Made by a program: the position numbers and the translations under genes
The notes under the pieces: model-generated
The model's input: the letters and a program-made list of their open reading frames with translations, nothing else
Databases searched by the model: none
What the model was told of the DNA's origin: nothing
Shown: piece by piece, positions 6,584 through 13,395 of the stretch
Layout: every line of letters begins with the position of its first letter
How positions within the stretch are numbered: position 1 is the stretch's first letter
Source: Nostoc sp. PCC 7120 = FACHB-418
Lineage (GTDB): Bacteria; Cyanobacteriota; Cyanobacteriia; Cyanobacteriales; Nostocaceae
Reading direction: 5' to 3'
DNA length: 32,000 bases
Assembly: GCF_000009705.1 (NCBI RefSeq)
Contig: NC_003272.1
Location: forward strand, 180,001 to 212,000

Positions 6584-8377
6584 TTAATAATGATTGCCAG
6601 TTTTCCGGTGATTAATAGCAGTTACATCATCGGGCTTGAGTAACTTGCCGTTGTCAACAGTTGCATATACTACCCAATGATCGCCACATTCTAGGCGTTG
6701 GTCAACCGAGCATTCCACATAAGCTAAAGCGTCAGCGAGGACTGTGCAACCGTTGTCTGCTTCTGTCGTGGTGAAGTTGGCGAAGCGGTCTTCCCCTGGC
6801 GCAAAGTTTTTGCGGAAATGCTTCATGTATTCCAGATGATTGCCTTCGGATAAGATATTTAAGGCAAACTTACCACCGGGATACATGAGGGATTCAATCG
6901 CCCGTTCTTTAGCAATGGCGACAGTTAAACCTGGTGGGTTGAAGGTGGCTTGAGATACCCAAGAACCAAGCATTCCTGTAGACACATCGCCTTGTTTGGC
7001 GGTAATGACACAAACTGAGCCGACAATGCGACCAACAGCTTGTTCTACAGGGGTAGCAGCTTGTTGGGGTACACGGACTTTCTTGGCTTTCTTTAAGGTT
7101 TGGGCGAAGTCTGTACCAACTTCTTCACAGAACTTGAGGGTAACATCGTCTGGTTTAAATTTCACCTTCAGGGTGTCTAAACCAAAGCGATATCCAGCAT
7201 CCCGTAGTTTACCTTCAATCATGTCTAAGGCTTCACCACTCCAGCCGTAGGAACCAAACACCCCAGCTAGTTTGTTGTTATCACCAACCTTGAGGACAAT
7301 ACCCAAAGCGGTGTTAATAGGGGTTGGTGCATGACCACCGATGGTAGGGGAACCGATGAGGAAACCATCGACTTGTTCTAAGTTGGTTTGAATTTCTTCC
7401 GGGGTGGCAAATTCGCAGTTGATGGATTTGACGGCTACACCACCTTTAGTTAATCCGAGAGCGATCGCCCGCGCTATAGTTGCAGTATTACCGTAAGCTG
7501 AAGCATAGAGTAAGGCAACAGAAATCTCTCTGTCTTTTTGGGCTTTACTCCAATCTGCATAGGCTTGGGTGAGGGCGATTAAACTGGTACGTACCAGAGG
7601 CCCGTGACCGACAGCATACAGTCGCACCTGTAAATCAGAGATTTTCTCTAATGCTGCTTCCACATGGATAGCATGGGGAGCCATCAAACAGTTGAAGTAA
7701 TAACGTTGGTCTTCTTTGAAAGATTCCCAGTTATCATCAAACACATCATCGCCACAGATATGAGCGCCGAAAATCTTATCTGTGTAGAGAATCTGGGTTT
7801 GCACATCGTAGGTACAAAGTCCAGCCGGCCACCGAGGGCTAGGAATTGGCAAGAACTTCAACACATGACCCTTACCTAAATCCAGGGTTTCCTTACCCCG
7901 CATTGGTAAAATATTTAAGTTGTCATCAGGGAACGCTGCACGTAAATCACCCGCCGCCGGGAGGGAGCAGACAAAGGTAATCTGCGGAGCCAATTCTAGT
8001 AGCGCCTTAAAAGTCGGTATGCGGTTAGGGCTGAAATGACCTAGTATGACGTAATCCAATTTTTTCAAATTGACCGTCTGTTGTAAGGCTTCCAGGTAAA
8101 TTTTCATGAAGCTTTCAACAGGCGGGTCAATAATTGCCGTTTTATCACCTTCAATTACATAAGAGTTAGAGGTAGTACCTCTTTCTAAGGCATATTCAAT
8201 TTCAAACCGCAAACGTGACCAACTACGCGCTCTCAGAACTTTCGTGTTTGTAGCAATCGGCAGAACCTGTACGTCACGGGGCTTGGAATCGCTCATAGAT
8301 TTTGTTTTAGGTTTGTCAAAAAATTGCAAAAACCGGGTAGATTTTGCCCAGTCTTTAATTGATTGGATTAAGTTCAT
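6584..8377 (-). CDS. flv1B: Class C flavodiiron protein (metallo-beta-lactamase, flavodoxin and flavin-reductase domains), Flv1/FlvA type with a non-canonical diiron site
   Basis: 597-aa ORF. The likely true start is ATG 8296 (MSDSKPRDVQVLPI). Three-domain FDP architecture. The diiron motif position reads GHFSPNR instead of H-x-E-x-D-H. Symbol is from memory of PCC 7120 all0177. Confidence 0.88.
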   Translation of the reverse strand: MNLIQSIKDWAKSTRFLQFFDKPKTKSMSDSKPRDVQVLPIATNTKVLRARSWSRLRFEIEYALERGTTSNSYVIEGDKTAIIDPPVESFMKIYLEALQQTVNLKKLDYVILGHFSPNRIPTFKALLELAPQITFVCSLPAAGDLRAAFPDDNLNILPMRGKETLDLGKGHVLKFLPIPSPRWPAGLCTYDVQTQILYTDKIFGAHICGDDVFDDNWESFKEDQRYYFNCLMAPHAIHVEAALEKISDLQVRLYAVGHGPLVRTSLIALTQAYADWSKAQKDREISVALLYASAYGNTATIARAIALGLTKGGVAVKSINCEFATPEEIQTNLEQVDGFLIGSPTIGGHAPTPINTALGIVLKVGDNNKLAGVFGSYGWSGEALDMIEGKLRDAGYRFGLDTLKVKFKPDDVTLKFCEEVGTDFAQTLKKAKKVRVPQQAATPVEQAVGRIVGSVCVITAKQGDVSTGMLGSWVSQATFNPPGLTVAIAKERAIESLMYPGGKFALNILSEGNHLEYMKHFRKNFAPGEDRFANFTTTEADNGCTVLADALAYVECSVDQRLECGDHWVVYATVDNGKLLKPDDVTAINHRKTGNHY

Positions 8378-8384
8378 AGATATT

Positions 8385-8573
8385 GGGAGTTGGGGACAAA
8401 AAAGTAAAAAGTAAAAAGTAAAAAGGTAAAAGATTTTGGCTTTTTACTTTTGCCTTGGATTGGGGACTGGGGATTAGGTATAGAAACTCTCTTCTATACC
8501 CCTACACACGCCAGTGTGCTTCGAGTCGGGAGACCCGCCCACGCAACTGGCTCCCCTACACCCCTATACCCCT
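8385..8573. repeat. Repeat-saturated flv3B-flv1B intergenic region
   Basis: AAAAGTA heptamers x4 (8398-8428) are followed by the complementary ctttttactttt. GGATTGGGGACTGGGGATT is at 8457-8475. A perfect 9-bp hairpin GGTATAGAA/TTCTATACC is at 8477-8500. A dispersed hairpin repeat copy lies at 8505-8555, and CCCCTACA-type units at 8548-8573. Confidence 0.85.
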
Positions 8574-8576
8574 TTC

Positions 8577-10316
8577 TTAGTAATAGTTGCCTACTTTGCG
8601 GTGACGAACTGCGGTCAGTCCATCAGGTTTAGAAACGCGACCGTCTTCAACGGTGCAGTATAAAATATAGTGGTCGCTGCATTCTAGGCTGCTTTGAATT
8701 TCGCATTCCATGTATGCTAGAGCGTCCGTGAGGATGGGGGAGCCGTTTTTGGCGGTTTGGGTTCTCACCCCAGCAAAGCGGTCTGCACCGGGGTGGAGGC
8801 GCTTGAGGAATTGTTTTTTCAGTTCTTGGTAATTGCCTTCTTCCAAGACATTGAGGACGAAGCGATCGCCTACCTGCATTAAACTATCAATAGCCCGGTC
8901 TTTTGCGACGGCAATCGTAAAGCCCAATGGTTGCAAGCTGGCTTGGGATACCCAGGAAGCTAACATGGCGCTGCTAACATCACCTTTTTTGGTCGTGACA
9001 ATATACAGACCGTTGCTAATCCGTCCCAATGCCTTTTCCATGTTGACATCGAGGGACTTGATTTGCTTGATGTTGCGTTCCCTTGTCAGCAATTGTCCCA
9101 AGTCTGTACCCGCTTCTGTACACAATTGGTATGCGGATGCGCCAGGAACGTCTTTAATCCGAATCGCGGGAAAAGCTTCTTTCACACCCAAGTCGATAAA
9201 TTTGCGGCGGATGGTATCAACGGGTTCGTCATCACCACCGAAGCATTCAAACAAGCCGACTGCTTGCTTATCTTTAACTACAGATAACAGGGAACTAATA
9301 CCAGCTTGAGCTGCTACTGATGTTGTGGGAGGCATACCAATAATTAAACCAGCTGCCCTACCTGCCAATTCTTGAATTTCTTGAATTTCTGCTGTGCTGA
9401 GGTCGATCATTTCTACAGCAACACCAGTTTTTTGGATACCCTCGCCGATGGCTTGAACTAGTAAGTTGCTATAGCCATAGTCGGCGACGTAGAACAAACC
9501 AACTGTGGTTTCCGATTTGGCTTGTCTTTGGCTCCAGCTCTGGTAACACTCAGTCAACACATCCAAATGATGGTATAACAGAGGCCCGTGACCATTAGCG
9601 ATTATCTTAATTTTGCCCAAATCACCCATGCGCTTCATCGCGTTCAATAGCGATCGCGCATTTGGCCCCATGAGACAGTCGTAGTAAAATCTGAAATCAG
9701 CTTCAATCGCTTCTAAGTCTTCATCAAAAGTTCGGTTGTCGCAGAAGTGCATCCCAAAAGCATCACAAGTATAGATAACTTCGGTTTTGCGATCGTAGCT
9801 AAAAATTGTATCAGGCCAATGTAAGTTAGGCGCACTGACAAACTCAATTTCGTGACCTTTACCAATATCGATGCGATCGCCACTTTTGACAATCCGCTTA
9901 GAAAAAGGATCATGTACTAAACCTTCCAAAAATTGCAAAGCAATCTTAGAAGCCAAAACAGTTGCTCTTGGCGCTAATTGCAGCACATCTTCCACCAAAC
10001 CGCTATGGTCTGGTTCTGTATGACTGACAATAATGTAATCAATAGCCTTGGGGTTGATTAAACCTTTTAGTGTTTCTAAATACAGTTGGCGAAACTTCTG
10101 GTGAGAAGTATCAACTAAAACTGTTTGTTCGCCTCTAATTAGATATGAATTATAAGTCGTACCGTTTTGCAGTCCGAATTCGATATCGAAGCGATCGCGA
10201 TCCCAGTCTAGACAGCGAATCGCCGTAGTGTTAGGGGCAATTTCTACAGTTTCTACAGTCAGCCGATGCTGAACATTTTCTGTGTGGGCGTTGCCGGTCG
10301 TAGACATCGATACCAT
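8577..10316 (-). CDS. flv3B: Class C flavodiiron protein, Flv3/FlvB type with a canonical diiron site
   Basis: 579-aa ORF with ATG at 10316. It has the canonical SHTEPDHSG (H-x-E-x-D-H), NLHWPD, TCDAFG and NGHGP motifs, plus flavodoxin-like and C-terminal flavin-reductase domains. Symbol is from memory of PCC 7120 all0178. Confidence 0.9.
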   Translation of the reverse strand: MVSMSTTGNAHTENVQHRLTVETVEIAPNTTAIRCLDWDRDRFDIEFGLQNGTTYNSYLIRGEQTVLVDTSHQKFRQLYLETLKGLINPKAIDYIIVSHTEPDHSGLVEDVLQLAPRATVLASKIALQFLEGLVHDPFSKRIVKSGDRIDIGKGHEIEFVSAPNLHWPDTIFSYDRKTEVIYTCDAFGMHFCDNRTFDEDLEAIEADFRFYYDCLMGPNARSLLNAMKRMGDLGKIKIIANGHGPLLYHHLDVLTECYQSWSQRQAKSETTVGLFYVADYGYSNLLVQAIGEGIQKTGVAVEMIDLSTAEIQEIQELAGRAAGLIIGMPPTTSVAAQAGISSLLSVVKDKQAVGLFECFGGDDEPVDTIRRKFIDLGVKEAFPAIRIKDVPGASAYQLCTEAGTDLGQLLTRERNIKQIKSLDVNMEKALGRISNGLYIVTTKKGDVSSAMLASWVSQASLQPLGFTIAVAKDRAIDSLMQVGDRFVLNVLEEGNYQELKKQFLKRLHPGADRFAGVRTQTAKNGSPILTDALAYMECEIQSSLECSDHYILYCTVEDGRVSKPDGLTAVRHRKVGNYY

Positions 10317-10440
10317 GATTCGTCTCCGAGCGCAAATAAACAGTAATTATTTCTCTGCCCCCATTGTGCGCTCAACTGAATTTTAAAGTTGTAATAAAAA
10401 CGATATTTCTGCAAATTCAACCTGTAGCAAATAATGCCAT

Positions 10441-10479
10441 TTATTAGCGTATTTTATAACTCAATAAATACGCTAATAA
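10441..10479 (-). promoter_or_regulatory. Perfect 14-bp inverted repeat upstream of flv3B (protein-binding site or leader hairpin)
   Basis: TTATTAGCGTATTT (10441-10454) and AAATACGCTAATAA (10466-10479) are exact reverse complements separated by an 11-nt loop. The element lies 125-163 nt upstream of the flv3B ATG. Confidence 0.45.
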
Positions 10480-10784
10480 TTAAAGCAGAACAAGAGTATC
10501 ACGTTTCAAATATTGATATTTCTTGGCATAATTTAAAATCCCTCACATATCATACATAACTTATTCATCTTGGCAAGATTACCGTAACAAAAAGCATAGA
10601 TTTCCTCACTTCATAAGTATGAAAACCCAAAATTTATAAAAGGTGGGAAGATGATACTAAGTTCAACTGTTATTGTGAAATTGAAATACCTATATTCTCA
10701 TTACAAGCTATCATCTACTGGAAGTATCAAAAATATATAATAGTTAGCTGTGTACTATTACCAATTTAAATTGGGCATTTAGCA

Positions 10785-11030
10785 ATGGTATTTCAGTACA
10801 ACCGCCATACTTGCTTACCCTCATCCGAGGGGCTTCCTGACTCTGACGATACGCCAGTGGATAATGAATTACAAGATTTAATTCCCGGTTTACTCAAGGC
10901 TACCTTAGTAATGGCTTGGTCTGAGCGTATGGACTGGTTTTTTGGTGTGGATATGGGTATTTATTATGACCCAGATGAACCAGCCATAGTCCCCGATGGT
11001 TTTTTGAGTTTGGGTGTTGAGCGATGCTAA
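10785..11030 (+). pseudogene. N-terminal remnant of a Uma2 (DUF820) family endonuclease gene
   Basis: The 81-aa ORF carries the conserved Uma2 N-terminus (LPDSDDTPVDNELQDLIP...MDWFFGVDMGIYYDPDEPAIVPDGFLSLGVER). It stops where full-length members, roughly 190-250 aa as I recall, continue into the nuclease core. A hairpin and an STRR tract follow. Confidence 0.55.
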
Positions 11031-11076
11031 GGTGGGAATGCCTTTCATGGCATTGCATAAACCTAATAAGCGATGG

Positions 11077-11111
11077 ACTAATGACCAATGACTAATGACT
11101 AATGACTAATG
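11077..11111. repeat. STRR-type heptamer tract (ACTAATG x5, one variant ACCAATG) ending in the start codon of the next gene
   Basis: Five consecutive 7-nt units lie at 11077, 11084, 11091, 11098 and 11105. The ATG of the last unit (11109-11111) is the start of the ABC ATPase gene. Confidence 0.85.
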
Positions 11112-11891
11112 ACACAACCACTAATTCAACTGAAAGGCGTTTCTAAGTCTTTTGGTAACAATCAGGTTTTAGATAATGTAGATTTGACGATTTATCGAGG
11201 TGAAGCTTTAGGGATTATCGGCCCTTCAGGAACTGGTAAATCCACAATCTTACGGATAATAGCAGGCTTAATTACTCCTGATGCTGGGGAAATTTATGTG
11301 CAAGGAGTCAAAAGGGAAGGGTTGATTGAGGATGGTCAAGACCCAGTGGGTATTGGTATGGTATTTCAGCAAGCAGCATTATTTGATTCTTTGACTGTAG
11401 AAGAGAATGTGGGATTTTTACTTTATCAACATTCCCAGCTAGAGCGATCGCGTATCCGAGAATTAGTCGCAGAAAAACTAGAAATGGTTGGTTTGCGGGG
11501 AATCGGTCATCTGTACCCATCAGAACTTTCTGGGGGGATGCGAAAACGGGTAAGTTTTGCCCGCGCCATTATGTCTAACCCCGATAATCCCGCAGAAGGG
11601 CCAGAGGTTTTACTTTATGATGAACCCACAGCTGGACTAGACCCCATCGCTTCCACAGTCATAGAAGATTTAATCCGTGATTTGCAATGTACCCATGGAG
11701 TTTGTAGTACCTATGCGATCGTCACTCACCAAGATAGTACGATTCGGCGGACATCTGATAGACTGGTGTTTCTTTATCAGGGTCAAGTGCCGTGGGAAGG
11801 CACAGTTAGTGATATAGACAGTACCGACGATCCATTAATCAATCAGTTTGTCAGTGGAAGTGTACAAGGGCCAATTCAGGTAGTTGGTTAG
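11109..11891 (+). CDS. ABC transporter ATP-binding protein, MlaF/TGD3-like (lipid trafficking type)
   Basis: 260-aa ORF with Walker A GPSGTGKST, signature LSGGMRKR and Walker B LLYDEPTAGLD. An MCE-domain gene follows directly. Confidence 0.85.
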   Translation: MTQPLIQLKGVSKSFGNNQVLDNVDLTIYRGEALGIIGPSGTGKSTILRIIAGLITPDAGEIYVQGVKREGLIEDGQDPVGIGMVFQQAALFDSLTVEENVGFLLYQHSQLERSRIRELVAEKLEMVGLRGIGHLYPSELSGGMRKRVSFARAIMSNPDNPAEGPEVLLYDEPTAGLDPIASTVIEDLIRDLQCTHGVCSTYAIVTHQDSTIRRTSDRLVFLYQGQVPWEGTVSDIDSTDDPLINQFVSGSVQGPIQVVG

Positions 11892-11964
11892 TTAATGCTG
11901 AGTAGTTAGTCGTAGGTAGTTAGTGCTGAGTGGCTTAGGGCTAGTTTTTGGGTAGAGGTAAAAT

Positions 11965-13395
11965 ATGCGAGACTTGATCACCAATCGTTTTACATCGCAA
12001 CGTACTTTGAGGGAAGGTTCAGTAGGGTTATTATTTCTGCTGGGACTAGGGGCGTTTGGAGTTATTCTGTTGTGGTTGAATAGGTATACGGCTGCTGGTA
12101 GTTCTTACAAAGCCGTGGTGGAATTTGCCAATGCAGGGGGTATGCAAAGAGGTGCAACAGTTCGCTATCGTGGCGTGAAGGTGGGCAGGATTTCTCAAAT
12201 TCAACCAGGGCCAAATGCTGTAGAAGTGGAAATTGAATTTGCTCAATCTAACCTGATTATTCCCCGCGATGTGGTGATAGAAGCTAATCAGACTGGATTG
12301 ATTAGTGAAAGTATTATCGATATCACACCCAAGTCATCACTACCCACTGGGCAAACTCTCCCTAAACCTCTAGACAAGAATTGTGATAACAGCCTTATCA
12401 TTTGTAATAATTCTCGGTTAAAGGGGCAAATAGGTATAAGTGTTGATGCGCTGATTCGTAGCAGTACTGACTTTGCTAATACATACACTAACCCCGAATT
12501 TTATCAAAGGGTGAATAGACTCCTGGAAACCTCAGCCCAAGCCGCCACCAGTGTAGCCGCACTCACCCAAGATTTTCGTGGTTTGACAAAAAGTTTTCAA
12601 GGACAGTTAGGTACTTTTGCTTCTACCGCCAATACTGTACAACGAGCCACTAATGAACTAACTGTTTCTACCACTAAAACCGTCAATCAGTTCGGTATCA
12701 CAGCAGATAAATTTGGCACGACGGCAACTCAAGCGAGTCGTTTATTGAGTGATTTGAATAGTTTGTTAAATACCAATCGCTCCAGCTTGGTCAGCGCTTT
12801 GAATAATATTACAGAAACTAGCAATCAACTACGCTTGACTGTGACAAATTTATCACCAAGTCTGAATCGCTTAACTCAAGGAGAGTTAATTAAAAACTTA
12901 GAAGCTCTATCTGCAAATGCTGCTCAAGCCTCGGCTAATTTGCGAAATGCAACTGAAAGTTTAAATGATCCGAAAAATGCAGTGTTGCTGCAACAGACTT
13001 TAGATTCAGCCAGGTTAACTTTTGAAAATACCCAAAAAATTACATCTGATTTAGATGAATTGACCGGTGATCCGAATTTTCGGCAAAATCTCAGGCAATT
13101 GGTGAACGGCTTGAGTGGTTTGGTGTCCTCTACAGACCAAATAGAACAGCAAGCAAAGTTAGCTACTACCCTAGAGTCGATGAAAGCCGCCGCCGACAAA
13201 CCTAATATTACAATTCCCTCTCTTGCTACTCACCCATCATCTAATGCTGTGACAATTGCGAATAATCAGCCGCAAGTATCATCTCAGGAAAAATTATTGC
13301 AGCAGCTACGGGACTATGCAGAACAGGGGAGTGGGGAGGATAAGAAGCAGGGGAGCAGGGAGCAGAGAGAAGAACTAATGAAAACTGACTATTGA
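11965..13395 (+). CDS. MlaD/MCE-domain protein, TGD2-like, with a long Q/N/S/T-rich C-terminal extension
   Basis: ATG at 11965 with GAGG upstream. It has an N-terminal TM helix and then an MCE domain (YKAVVEFANAGGMQRGATVRYRGVKVGRISQI...IEANQTGLISESIIDITP). About 340 aa of low-complexity, helical tail follow. Confidence 0.85.
   Translation: MRDLITNRFTSQRTLREGSVGLLFLLGLGAFGVILLWLNRYTAAGSSYKAVVEFANAGGMQRGATVRYRGVKVGRISQIQPGPNAVEVEIEFAQSNLIIPRDVVIEANQTGLISESIIDITPKSSLPTGQTLPKPLDKNCDNSLIICNNSRLKGQIGISVDALIRSSTDFANTYTNPEFYQRVNRLLETSAQAATSVAALTQDFRGLTKSFQGQLGTFASTANTVQRATNELTVSTTKTVNQFGITADKFGTTATQASRLLSDLNSLLNTNRSSLVSALNNITETSNQLRLTVTNLSPSLNRLTQGELIKNLEALSANAAQASANLRNATESLNDPKNAVLLQQTLDSARLTFENTQKITSDLDELTGDPNFRQNLRQLVNGLSGLVSSTDQIEQQAKLATTLESMKAAADKPNITIPSLATHPSSNAVTIANNQPQVSSQEKLLQQLRDYAEQGSGEDKKQGSREQREELMKTDY

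Noticed and set aside
8450-8632. 60-aa plus-strand ORF in the flv spacer
   Set aside because: It is encoded by dispersed and octamer repeats and overlaps the flv3B 3' end. Its peptide similarity to the ORFs at 15651 and 25374 comes from the shared DNA repeat, not from a protein family.
6996-9913. Five short ORFs (66-158 aa) within or antisense to flv1B and flv3B
   Set aside because: All are embedded in two full-length, domain-complete flavodiiron genes. They have no start context and no homology.
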